Shown piece by piece: positions 18,611 to 27,874 of a stretch of 64,000 nt of DNA. The stretch covers positions 288,001 to 352,000 of the forward strand of contig CAVXGR010000005.1 of NCBI GenBank assembly GCA_963761335.1. The letters are read 5' to 3'. Source of the stretch: an uncultured delta proteobacterium (GTDB taxonomy: Bacteria > Desulfobacterota > Binatia > HRBIN30 > BPIQ01). The translations under genes were made by a program, and so were the position numbers. The notes below the pieces were generated by a model. That model did no database searches and was not told where the DNA came from. It was given only the letters and a program-made list of their open reading frames with translations. The stretch's first letter is position 1. Every line of letters begins with the position of its first letter.

Positions 18611-20490
18611 GCCTTCGCGTGAAGCTGCTCCTCGCACAGGTGCCCCTGGCGGCGGCGCTTGCGTTCGTCGGCTTTGTGGCCGTTTCGAATGTCTCGTCGC
18701 TCGGCCGGCACTCCGAGGTCATCTTGAAGGAGAACTATCGCAGCGTCCTCGCCGCGCAGCGCATGCGAGAGGCGATCGAACGTCTGGAGGACATCGCGCT
18801 GCTGTCACTGGTTACAGGTGAGGCCCCACTGAGAACTTCAGCCGAGTCGCGTCGTTCTCAGTTTGAAGTCGAGTTGCGCGCCGCTGAGGGGAACGTCACG
18901 GAGAACGGCGAGGCCGAGGTCCTGCGAGAGCTCCGCCGGCGCTGGGAGCTGTACTGGGGGCAGTTCAATCGCTTCGCAGGCGACCCGGGGCCGGTGGAGA
19001 GAAGAACGTCGGCCCTCGGCGAGCTCGAGCCCTCTTCGGCGGCGGTGCGCACTCAGGTTCAGGCCCTGCTCGACATGAATCAGGACGCCATGGTCCGGAA
19101 GAGCGATCGAGCTCAGCGCGAGGCGAGAGGCGCGACTCAGCTCGTGGTCCTCGCGACCGCGGTGGCGCTTCTACTGGGAGCGCTCTTGTCCAGTCTCGCG
19201 ACCAATCGCCTCCTCCAACCGCTCGAGCTTCTGGCTCGCACGGTGAGGCGTCTGAGCGAGGGGGACTTTGAAACGCGTGTGGATGTGCCGGGTCAGGACG
19301 AGGTGGCGCAGCTGGCCAATGACGTCAATGCCATGGCGATGCGACTCAGCCAGTATCGGCGCAGCTCTCTCGGCGAGCTGCTGCTCGCGCAAGAAGCCTC
19401 ACAGGCGGCGATCGACAGCCTTCCGGACCCGGTCGTCGTCTTTGATTTGACCGGCGGCGTCGTGAACATGAACCGTGCCGCTGAAGGTCTTCTCGGGATC
19501 CGCGTGGGGAGCGGCGGCGCAAAGCCGCTGGAAGACGTGGCACCCGAGGCCCGGGAGGCTCTGGAAAAGGTACGCACGCACGTGCTGAGCGGAAAGGGAT
19601 CGTACGTCCCGCGCGGCTTCGAAGACGCCGTGTGCGTGAGTACCCAGCAAGGCGAGCGCTACCTGCTTCCCCATGGGTCGCCGGTCTACTCGGAGGAGAA
19701 GGCGGTCACGGGTGCCGCAATCATCCTGCAGGATGTCACGCGGCTGCGCCGTGTGGACGATCTGCGCAACAATCTCGTGTCGACCGTGGCGCACGAGTTT
19801 CGAACCCCGCTCACCTCGCTCCGCATGGCCCTCCACCTGAGCCTCGAACAGGTCGCCGGTCCGCTCAATGCCAAGCAGGCGGATCTGCTCTACACCGCTC
19901 GCGAGGAATGCGAACGGCTTCAGGCACTGGTCGATGAGGTCCTCGACCTGGCGCGTATTCAGGGTGGACGGATCGAGCTCCATCGTTCCCCATGCGCTCC
20001 TGCGGCGCTCATCGAGACGGCCATCCAGACCCAACGGAGCTTTGCTGAAGAGCACGAGCTCGTTCTTCAGAGCGAGGTGTTGCCGGGCATTCCGGAGGTG
20101 CTGGCGGACCGCCAGCGCATCCAGCTCGTCCTCTCCAATCTCGTCGCCAATGCGATCCGCTACACGCCGAGCGGTGGCCACATCACCGTCCGTGCCGAGC
20201 CCGCCGGCGACGAAGGTGGAATGGTTCGCTTCGAGGTCGCGGATACCGGCTCCGGAATCCCTCGCGAGTATCAGGCGAGTGTCTTCGAGAAATTCGTGCG
20301 CGTCCCCGGGGCACCGGGCGGCGTGGGATTGGGTCTCTCCATCGCCAAGGACGTGGTCGAAGCCCATGGCGGCCAGATCGGCTTGAAGGACACCCCGGGC
20401 GGCGGCTCGACGTTCTGGTTCACCGTACCGACCGGGCCGGCAGTGGAAGGCGAGACTCGCCCACTTCCCGCCGCACCGGCAGAAAACTGA
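18607..20490 (+). CDS. Sensor histidine kinase: TM-periplasmic helical bundle-TM-HAMP-PAS-HisKA-HATPase (KinB-like)
   Basis: ENYRSV, DEVAQLA, VAHEFRTPLT, NAIRYT, DTGSGI and GLGLSI motifs; 4-bp overlap with the kdpD-N gene. Confidence 0.9.
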   Translation: MSLRVKLLLAQVPLAAALAFVGFVAVSNVSSLGRHSEVILKENYRSVLAAQRMREAIERLEDIALLSLVTGEAPLRTSAESRRSQFEVELRAAEGNVTENGEAEVLRELRRRWELYWGQFNRFAGDPGPVERRTSALGELEPSSAAVRTQVQALLDMNQDAMVRKSDRAQREARGATQLVVLATAVALLLGALLSSLATNRLLQPLELLARTVRRLSEGDFETRVDVPGQDEVAQLANDVNAMAMRLSQYRRSSLGELLLAQEASQAAIDSLPDPVVVFDLTGGVVNMNRAAEGLLGIRVGSGGAKPLEDVAPEAREALEKVRTHVLSGKGSYVPRGFEDAVCVSTQQGERYLLPHGSPVYSEEKAVTGAAIILQDVTRLRRVDDLRNNLVSTVAHEFRTPLTSLRMALHLSLEQVAGPLNAKQADLLYTAREECERLQALVDEVLDLARIQGGRIELHRSPCAPAALIETAIQTQRSFAEEHELVLQSEVLPGIPEVLADRQRIQLVLSNLVANAIRYTPSGGHITVRAEPAGDEGGMVRFEVADTGSGIPREYQASVFEKFVRVPGAPGGVGLGLSIAKDVVEAHGGQIGLKDTPGGGSTFWFTVPTGPAVEGETRPLPAAPAEN

Positions 20491-20561
20491 GGCGTGGCTG
20501 GCCGGCATTGGACACATTCCCGTCGCAATGAAAGACTGCGGTCCAGAACGCAGAAGCGTGT

Positions 20562-22439
20562 ATGCACGAAGAGGAGCGCCGGCTCTCTGCCGAGGGCAAA
20601 CCCCGCCGTTCCCGTGCCGGGACGGATATGCCCGGGATGCTGGTGGCGCTGCTCCTGGTGGCTCTCTGCGGCGGCGCGGCAAAGCTGCTGCAGACGGGCC
20701 TCTCGCTCCAGGACCCCGCGCTGGTATTCCTTGCCGGCGTTCTGCTCACCGCTCTGACCAGAGGGCTGGCGCCGTCGATCCTCGCCGCCGTTCTCAGCGT
20801 TCTGGTCTACGATTTCTTCTTTGTCGACCCCCTGTACACCTTCAACGTGACGAAGGCTCCGGATCTTCTCTCGCTCTGCGTTTTCCTCGTCGTCGCCGTG
20901 CTGACCAGCAATCTGACGGCGCGGATCCGCGATCAGGCAGATGCGGCGCGCCAGCGCGAGCAACGCACTGCGGCACTCTACGCCTTCGGCCGAAAGCTCG
21001 CCGGCGCCGTGGGGATCGACGATCTGCTGCCGGTCGTCGTCCGCGACGTCGCCGATCAGTTTCAGGCGCAGGTGATCGCTCTACTGCCCGACGGCGGGCA
21101 GGTGATCGGGCGCGCCACGTACCCCGCAGGCGCGTCTCTGACGGAAGGCGAGCGCGCCGCAGCGACCTGGACGTGGCAGCACAACCGGACCGCGGGGCGC
21201 GACACCGACACCTTGGCGGACAGCAGCTGGCTGTTCGCGCCGCTGGCGACGGCACGCGGCGCCGTCGGCGTGCTGGCATTGCAGCCCACGGCTGCGGGGG
21301 CGCTGCTGCCCGCGGAGCAACGCCAGCTCCTCGAGGCCATGGCGGGACAGGCGGCAATCGCCATCGAGCGCACACGAGTTGACGTCGCCGTGGCCGAGAA
21401 GGCGAAGACCGAAGCCGTGATCGAGGCCATCGAGGACGGGCTGATCGTTCTCGATCCGGCAGGAGTGGTGGTCCACGCCAACGAGGTGGCCTGCGCCATC
21501 TTGCAGGTGGAGCGGGCCCGCGTCATCGGCGAGCGCTTCGAGGATCTGGCGAGCCGCCATCCGCACTACCTGCGGGTGCGCGCCGCTCTGCGCGATTACC
21601 TGGAGCACCCCGAGCGCGAGGGGGAGCGCGTCGAGATCACCCTCTTTCTTCGCGGGCGAGAGCACACCTACATCCTGCGACCGACGCCGTTTCGCGCTCG
21701 TGACGACTCTCCCGCAGGGTTGATTCTCGGGCTTCAGGATGTCACCTACCTGCGTGACCAGGAGGCCCGGCGCGAGCAGCTTCTCGCCACCTTTTCCCAC
21801 GAGCTGCGCACGCCGATCACCTCGCTGGGCATGGCGCTCGAGCTTCTCCAGCAGGGCAAGACGACCGCGGACGGCGACGGCGGCGACCTGGTCGAGGCAG
21901 CGCGCGAGGACGTCGAACGCCTGCGCGACGTGGCGCAGCAGCTGCTCGATCTCTCCCGGGCGCACGCCATGACCATCGCCCTGGAGCGCCGGCAGGTCGA
22001 CCTGCGACACGTGGTCGAGCGAGTTCTGCGGATCTTCTCCCTGCAGGCGCGGGAACGAGACGTCACTCTGAAGCCGGTTCTCGACGATCACGGCCTGCAG
22101 ATCATCGGGGACGAGACCAAGCTCACCTGGGCGATATCGAATCTGATCTCGAATGCCCTGCGCTACTCATCGGAGGGCGGCGAGATCGGCATCCAGGTGA
22201 CGGCGCGCAACGGCGAGGTGCAAATAGCGGTGAGCGACACCGGTCCGGGCATTCCGCCCGAGCAGCAGGAGCGCATCTTCGAGCGCTTCACCCAGGCGGT
22301 GGACGGCGGCGAGATCGGCTCGGCCGGCCTCGGTCTCGCCATCGTGCGCGACATCGTCCAGGCGCACGGCGGCCGCATCTACGTCGAGAGCCAGGTCGGG
22401 CGGGGAAGCCGCTTCGTGCTGGATATCCCGCGGAGCTGA
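20562..22439 (+). CDS. KdpD-type membrane kinase: 4-TM (DUF4118-like)-GAF-PAS-HisKA-HATPase
   Basis: YDFFFVDPLYTF, AGRDTDTL, SHELRTPI, NALRY and GLGLAI motifs; start may be a downstream Met. Confidence 0.88.
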   Translation: MHEEERRLSAEGKPRRSRAGTDMPGMLVALLLVALCGGAAKLLQTGLSLQDPALVFLAGVLLTALTRGLAPSILAAVLSVLVYDFFFVDPLYTFNVTKAPDLLSLCVFLVVAVLTSNLTARIRDQADAARQREQRTAALYAFGRKLAGAVGIDDLLPVVVRDVADQFQAQVIALLPDGGQVIGRATYPAGASLTEGERAAATWTWQHNRTAGRDTDTLADSSWLFAPLATARGAVGVLALQPTAAGALLPAEQRQLLEAMAGQAAIAIERTRVDVAVAEKAKTEAVIEAIEDGLIVLDPAGVVVHANEVACAILQVERARVIGERFEDLASRHPHYLRVRAALRDYLEHPEREGERVEITLFLRGREHTYILRPTPFRARDDSPAGLILGLQDVTYLRDQEARREQLLATFSHELRTPITSLGMALELLQQGKTTADGDGGDLVEAAREDVERLRDVAQQLLDLSRAHAMTIALERRQVDLRHVVERVLRIFSLQARERDVTLKPVLDDHGLQIIGDETKLTWAISNLISNALRYSSEGGEIGIQVTARNGEVQIAVSDTGPGIPPEQQERIFERFTQAVDGGEIGSAGLGLAIVRDIVQAHGGRIYVESQVGRGSRFVLDIPRS

Positions 22440-22440
22440 C

Positions 22441-23769
22441 ATGGCCCACATTCTGGTCGTCGACGACGAGAAGCACATCCGCACGCACCTGGCCACGTAT
22501 TTTCGCGGCAGCGGGCACGAGGTGGAGACGGCGGCCGATGCGGCGGCGGCGCTCGCCGCGCTCGCGCACCGGGAGTTCGACGCGGTGCTGTCGGACGTGC
22601 GCATGGCGGGCATGGATGGCCTGGCGCTCCTTCGCGAGATTCGCCGCAGCCACCCGGGAGCGATCGTGGTCCTGATGACCGCCTATGCCACCGTCGGCCA
22701 GGCCGTCGAAGCGATGCGCGCCGGCGCCTACGACTACCTGGTGAAGCCCTTCACTCTGGAGGAGGCCGGGCTGCTGATCGAGCGCGTTCTCGAGGTGCGC
22801 CGCCTGCGGCAGGAGAACCGGCGGCTGCTCGACGCCGTCGCTCCATCGGCGCTTCTGGAATCGCGGAGCGCCGCCATGCAGCGGGTGCTGGCCACCGCTC
22901 GACAGGTGGCCACCTCCGACGTGACCGTGCTGCTCACCGGCGAGAGCGGCACGGGCAAGAACGTCCTGGCGGCCGCCATTCACCGCTGGAGCGGGCGCGC
23001 CGGGGGCCCCTTCGTCACCATCACCTGCACGACGCTCGCCGAGCACCTGCTGGAGAGCGAGCTCTTCGGGCACGTGAAGGGCGCCTTCACCGGAGCCTGG
23101 AAGGACAAGCCGGGACGGCTCGAGGCGGCGAACGGCGGCAGTGTGTTTCTCGACGAGGTGGGCGAGCTCTCGCCGGAGCTGCAGGCGAAGCTCCTGCGGC
23201 TGATCGAGGAGCACTGCTACGAGCGCGTCGGCGGCAGCGAGACGGTCGCCATCGACGCGCGCGTCATCGCGGCGACAAATCGCGATCTCGAAGCGGAGGT
23301 CTCCTCGGGGAGCTTCCGCAGCGATCTGTTCTTTCGCCTGAACGTCGTCGGCCTTCGCCTGCCGCCGCTGCGCGAGCGCATGGAGGACCTGCCGCAGCTC
23401 GCCGATCACATCCTCGACGTGCTCTGCGCCCGACATCGCCGCGCCCCGCTGCGCCTCAGCCCCGAGGTGTACGGCGTGCTCGCCGCCTACACTTGGCCGG
23501 GCAACGTGCGCGAGCTGGTGAACGCCCTCGAGCGCGCCGTGGTTCTGGCGCGCGGCGAGGAGCTGCGCGCCGAGGATCTCCCCGACCGCCTGCTGGCGCC
23601 AGCCTCCGCCTCGGCCCCTGCCAGTGGAGCGAAGCTCTCACTCGAAGAGCTCGAGCGGCGCCACATCGTGCAGGTCCTCGCCGATTCCGCGACCCTGGAG
23701 GAAGCCGCTGCCCGCCTCGGCGTCAATCCCACCACCCTGTGGCGCAAGCGCAAGCGCTACGGGCTCTGA
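22441..23769 (+). CDS. Second sigma54-dependent response regulator (AlgB-like)
   Basis: [25 protein letters not shown]-terminal TTLWRKRKRY. Confidence 0.95.
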   Translation: MAHILVVDDEKHIRTHLATYFRGSGHEVETAADAAAALAALAHREFDAVLSDVRMAGMDGLALLREIRRSHPGAIVVLMTAYATVGQAVEAMRAGAYDYLVKPFTLEEAGLLIERVLEVRRLRQENRRLLDAVAPSALLESRSAAMQRVLATARQVATSDVTVLLTGESGTGKNVLAAAIHRWSGRAGGPFVTITCTTLAEHLLESELFGHVKGAFTGAWKDKPGRLEAANGGSVFLDEVGELSPELQAKLLRLIEEHCYERVGGSETVAIDARVIAATNRDLEAEVSSGSFRSDLFFRLNVVGLRLPPLRERMEDLPQLADHILDVLCARHRRAPLRLSPEVYGVLAAYTWPGNVRELVNALERAVVLARGEELRAEDLPDRLLAPASASAPASGAKLSLEELERRHIVQVLADSATLEEAAARLGVNPTTLWRKRKRYGL

Positions 23770-23791
23770 GTCCGCCGGTCCGCGGACCGAA

Positions 23792-23841
23792 GTAGAAGCG
23801 GCGTCTCGCCGCTTCGGGAAGCGCCGGGACGGCGCTTCTAC
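23792..23841. repeat. REP doublet (family A), possible terminator of the kdp operon
   Basis: GTAGAAGCGGCGTCTCGCCGCTTCGGGAAGCGCCGGGACGGCGCTTCTAC, 22 bp after the stop codon. Confidence 0.85.
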
Positions 23842-23898
23842 CAGTGGAGCAAATTCCGCTTGAGCACCGCCGCGAAGCCGGGCATCATTATCCGGTCT

Positions 23899-24837
23899 AT
23901 GAGGCGAGTCATTGCGGTGCTGGGAGTGGTTGGTGGTTTGCTCGCCTTACATGGCGGGCCGGCGGCGGCGGACGAGAGCGGCTGGGCCTACCTGATCGAC
24001 AGGTTGGCTGCGGACGGTCTGTCGCGGGCCGCGGTCACGCGCGCTTTTGCCGACTGGCGCGTGCCGGCGTTCGATGGCCTGGAGTTCTCCCCGGACAAGC
24101 CGCGCGAGTCGCACCGGCTGTACCGCGGGTTCCTGCGTTCGAGCGGCGTGGCGGCGGCGCGTCGCTGTCGAATCGGCTACGCCGACGCCTTCGAACGCGC
24201 CGCCCGCGCCCACGGTGTTTCCGCGGACGTGCTCGCCTCCATTCTGTTCGTGGAGAGCGGCTGCGGCCGCAACAGCGGCTCGAGCGTGGTCCTCTATCGC
24301 CTGGCGCGGCTGGCGATGGCCAACGAGCCCGACAACGTCGAGCGCAACCTCGAGCGCTTGTCGCGCCGCGGCGAGCTGCGGCCGGAGACCGAGGCGCGGC
24401 TGCGGGCTCGGGCGCACTATCTCGAGAACACCTTCTACCCGGAGGTGCGCGCCATCTTCGAGGTGGCGCGCCGCATGGGGGTCGATCCGCTCGAGATCCG
24501 CGGATCGGGATCGGGAGCCTTCGGCTGGTCGCAGTTCCTGCCCACCAGCTATCTGCGCTACGGCGCCGACGGCGACGGCGACGGCCGTATCAGCCTCTAC
24601 GACGTCGACGACGCCGCGGCCTCGTGCGCGCGCTACCTGGCGGCGCACGGCTGGCGTCCGGGCATCTCCCTGGCGCAGCGCCGCGGCGCCATCTGGGAGT
24701 ACAACCACTCGCCCGCCTACATCGACACGGTGCTCCGCCTGGCGGCGCGCCTGGGCGGCGAGCCGCCCCCGCCGGTACACAAGAAGCCCGGCCGCCGGCG
24801 CCATGCGCCGCGGCCGCGTCACCATCACCGGCGCTGA
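23899..24837 (+). CDS. Lytic murein transglycosylase (MltB/SLT_2-like)
   Basis: Signal peptide, ILFVES, GAFGWSQFLP, EF-hand-like DGDGDG and YNHS motifs. Confidence 0.85.
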   Translation: MRRVIAVLGVVGGLLALHGGPAAADESGWAYLIDRLAADGLSRAAVTRAFADWRVPAFDGLEFSPDKPRESHRLYRGFLRSSGVAAARRCRIGYADAFERAARAHGVSADVLASILFVESGCGRNSGSSVVLYRLARLAMANEPDNVERNLERLSRRGELRPETEARLRARAHYLENTFYPEVRAIFEVARRMGVDPLEIRGSGSGAFGWSQFLPTSYLRYGADGDGDGRISLYDVDDAAASCARYLAAHGWRPGISLAQRRGAIWEYNHSPAYIDTVLRLAARLGGEPPPPVHKKPGRRRHAPRPRHHHRR

Positions 24838-26466
24838 TCAATCGCCGGCGGCGGCCGACGGCGGCCCGGCACCGATGGTGGCTCTCCCCGGAAAGAGGAA
24901 GAGAAGCGGCAGGGTCGCCAGAAAGGTCAGCCCGACGACCCAGGCGGCGTCGTTGTAGGCCATGAGGCCGGCCTGCTGATTGATGACGCCGTTGATCAGG
25001 GCGGTCGCCTTGAGCGGCGCCAGCGAGGCGGGGACGCCGCGGTGGACGAGCAGGTTGGCGAGGTGGCCCTGAGCGCTCGCGAAGGCGGCGCTGGAGGCGG
25101 TCACGCCGCTCACCAGCTGGGCGCGGTGCAGCTGCGAGCGTCGGTCGATGATGGTGGCGAGCAGGGCGTAGCCGATGTTGCCGCCGACGCGGCGCGACAG
25201 CGTGTACAGGCTCGAGGCCTCGGTGACGTGCTCGCGGGGAACGGTGCTCACCGAGACGGCGGTGAGGGTGACGAACATGAAGGGCATGCCCAGTCCCATG
25301 ACCACCAGAATGGGAAGCAGGTGCGAGAAATTGACGTCGGCGGAGAGGTGCGCCAGGTCGCGGAAAGAGGCGTAGATCAGCATGATGCCCACGGCGATCA
25401 GCAGGCGCGGATCGAAGCGATTGTACATCCAGCCGACCACCGGCATCATCAGGAACAGCGTCATGGCGCGCGGCAGCAGGACGATGCCGGCGTCGTAGGC
25501 GGGGTAGCCGAGCAGCGTCTGCAAGAGCGCCGGCAGGAGGAACGTCGATCCGTAGAGGGCGAGGCCGAAGAGGATGCCGATCGCCGAGCCGGCGCTGAGC
25601 GGCAGGTTGCGCAGCAGCCGCAGATTGAGCACCGGATCCGGTACGCGCCATTCCCACAGGAGCAGGGTGGCGAGGCTGGCCGCGGTGATCGCCGTGGCGG
25701 TGACGATCCAGGTGGACTCGAACCAGTTGAGCTCCTGGCCGCGCTCGAGGACAACCTGCATACCGGTCAGCCCCACGGTGAGAAGAGTGATCCCCAGCCA
25801 GTCGATGCTGCGCATGCCGCGGCGGAGATAGGGCGGATCGTGGAGGAAGATGCTCACCAGGGTGATGCCGATGATGCTGAAGGGGATGTTGATGTAGAAG
25901 ATCCACGGCCAGCCGTAGTGATCGGTCAGCCAGCCGCCGAGCACCGGGCCAATGGCCGGCGCCAGCACCACCCCCATGCCGTAGACGGACATCGCCATCC
26001 CCTGCTCCTCGGGGGGAAAGGTCTCGCGCAGGATGGCGAGGGAGACCGGAATCAGGGCGCCGCCGCCGATGCCCTGGATGGTGCGATAGACGAGGATCTG
26101 TGTGAAGCTCCGCGAGGTGCCGGCCAGCATCGAGCCGATGGTGAAGATGACGAACGAGGTGATGTAGAGCCGCTTGCGGCCGATGAGCGTGCTCCACCAG
26201 CCCGCCATGGTGGCCATGATGATCTCGGCGATGCTGTAGCTGGTCGCCACCCAGGTGATCTCCGAGAGCGTCTGGCCGAAGCTACCCATCATGTGCGGCA
26301 GAGCGACGTTCACCACGCTCACGTCCATCACCGACATCAGGGCCCCGAAGACCACCGATGCAGCAATGATCCAGCGGCTGGTGGCGTATGCCGGCGCCGC
26401 TCCCGGGGCGCCGCGAGAGCCCGCCGCGGAAGCGTTTTCGCCCGTATCGGCCGCGTCGGAGGACAT
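24838..26466 (-). CDS. DHA2-family MFS efflux permease (EmrB-like)
   Basis: MDVSVVNVALP, WVATSY, RTIQGIGGG, APAIGPVLGG and WIFYINIP motifs. Confidence 0.93.
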   Translation of the reverse strand: MSSDAADTGENASAAGSRGAPGAAPAYATSRWIIAASVVFGALMSVMDVSVVNVALPHMMGSFGQTLSEITWVATSYSIAEIIMATMAGWWSTLIGRKRLYITSFVIFTIGSMLAGTSRSFTQILVYRTIQGIGGGALIPVSLAILRETFPPEEQGMAMSVYGMGVVLAPAIGPVLGGWLTDHYGWPWIFYINIPFSIIGITLVSIFLHDPPYLRRGMRSIDWLGITLLTVGLTGMQVVLERGQELNWFESTWIVTATAITAASLATLLLWEWRVPDPVLNLRLLRNLPLSAGSAIGILFGLALYGSTFLLPALLQTLLGYPAYDAGIVLLPRAMTLFLMMPVVGWMYNRFDPRLLIAVGIMLIYASFRDLAHLSADVNFSHLLPILVVMGLGMPFMFVTLTAVSVSTVPREHVTEASSLYTLSRRVGGNIGYALLATIIDRRSQLHRAQLVSGVTASSAAFASAQGHLANLLVHRGVPASLAPLKATALINGVINQQAGLMAYNDAAWVVGLTFLATLPLLFLFPGRATIGAGPPSAAAGD

Positions 26467-26593
26467 CCTCAGACACAATCCGATAACCAGCGGCGAAGCA
26501 ATCGCGCCTGCCGAGTGCTGTCCTAAGTTCCCGGATGTCGGGTGTTGACAAGCGCGATCGCGTGATCATTCCGATGGCTGCGGTCGTGGGTGC

Positions 26594-26712
26594 CCTCTCC
26601 CGCATTGCCTGCGGGAGAGGGGCAGGGTGAGGGTGCCGAGCGGGCACATGGGTAACAGAAAGAAACCCCTCACCTTGATCCTCTCCCCGCGAAAAGAATG
26701 CGGGGAGAGGAG
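26594..26712. repeat. Intergenic palindromic repeat pair (CCCTCTCCC...GGGAGAGGG type)
   Basis: ccctctcccgca...tgcgggagaggg-gcagggtgaggg and ccctcacc...cctctccccgc...gcggggagagg in opposite orientations. Confidence 0.7.
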
Positions 26713-26819
26713 ACCCTTGCGCGAGGCGGGCGGGAGATAATTGCAGAGTCGGACTGCCAAACTAGGACAATGCCCGCCTGCCGAGCCCACTTGCATCGGC
26801 GCTCTCCCTCCGCAAAGTA

Positions 26820-27863
26820 GTGCAGATGTCCCGCCGCCTGCTCGTCGCCGCCGCCGTTCTCGTGGTTCTCGGGGTGGCGGCCTGGGGCGGTCTGTGGTGG
26901 TGGAATCACCGCTACCTGGTCAGCACCGACAACGCCTACGTGCGCGCCAGTGTCGCCCTGATCACGCCGCGGGTGGCCGGCACGGTCACCGAGCTCGCCG
27001 TCGAGGAGAACCGGCCGGTGTCGCAGGGGGACCTCCTCGCCCGCCTCGATCCCACCGACTACGAGATGAAGGTGCACGAGGCCGAGGCGGCTCTCGATGA
27101 GGCCAGGCAGCAGCTGGAGACGGAGCGCTCGCAGGTGCGCGCCGCCGACAGCGCCGTGGTCCTGGCGCAGGCCGAGCTCGACCTGGCGGGGCGCGACTAC
27201 GCGCGCGTCGAGCAGCTGGCACGCCAGAAGGTGGCCTCTCCCGACGAGCTCGATCGGTCGAGCACGGCACTGCGCGTGGACCGTGCCCGTCTGGAGTCCG
27301 CCAAGCAGGACGCGGAGCGCGCCCGCGCCGCCCTGGGAATCGCCCTGGACGCGCCGGACACCGCCGCGCCGATCGTGCGCCGCGCCGCGGCCAACCGCGA
27401 CGAGGCGGCGCTCCTGCTCTCGTACACGCAGATCCGCGCTCCCTTCGACGGGGTGCTGGCCACCCGCGACGTGCAGCTCGGGCAGCACGTCGACATGGGT
27501 CAGGTGATGATGCGCATCGTCCCCCTGCGCCGCGCCTACGTCGAGGCGAACTTCAAGGAGACGCAGCTCGAGGGCGTGCGCATCGGCCAGCCGGCGACCA
27601 TCGATGCCGACATCTACCCGGGATTCGACTATCACGGCGTCGTCGACAGCCTCGCTCCCGGCACCGGCGCTGCCTTTTCCCTGCTGCCGCCGGAGAACGC
27701 CACCGGCAACTGGATCAAGGTCGTGCAGCGCGTCCCGGTGAAGATCCGCCTGACCGAGCCTCCCCCCGCCGATCATCCGCTGCGCGTCGGCCTGTCGGTG
27801 GTGGCCACCATCGACACCCGCGACCAGAGCGGGCAGTCGCTGGTTGCTGCGGCGCAGCGGTAG
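26820..27863 (+). CDS. HlyD-family periplasmic adaptor (EmrA-like)
   Basis: STDNAYV, IRAPFDG, ANFKETQ and LLPPENATGNWIKVVQRVPV motifs. Confidence 0.93.
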   Translation: MQMSRRLLVAAAVLVVLGVAAWGGLWWWNHRYLVSTDNAYVRASVALITPRVAGTVTELAVEENRPVSQGDLLARLDPTDYEMKVHEAEAALDEARQQLETERSQVRAADSAVVLAQAELDLAGRDYARVEQLARQKVASPDELDRSSTALRVDRARLESAKQDAERARAALGIALDAPDTAAPIVRRAAANRDEAALLLSYTQIRAPFDGVLATRDVQLGQHVDMGQVMMRIVPLRRAYVEANFKETQLEGVRIGQPATIDADIYPGFDYHGVVDSLAPGTGAAFSLLPPENATGNWIKVVQRVPVKIRLTEPPPADHPLRVGLSVVATIDTRDQSGQSLVAAAQR

Positions 27864-27874
27864 GGCGAGAGGAG

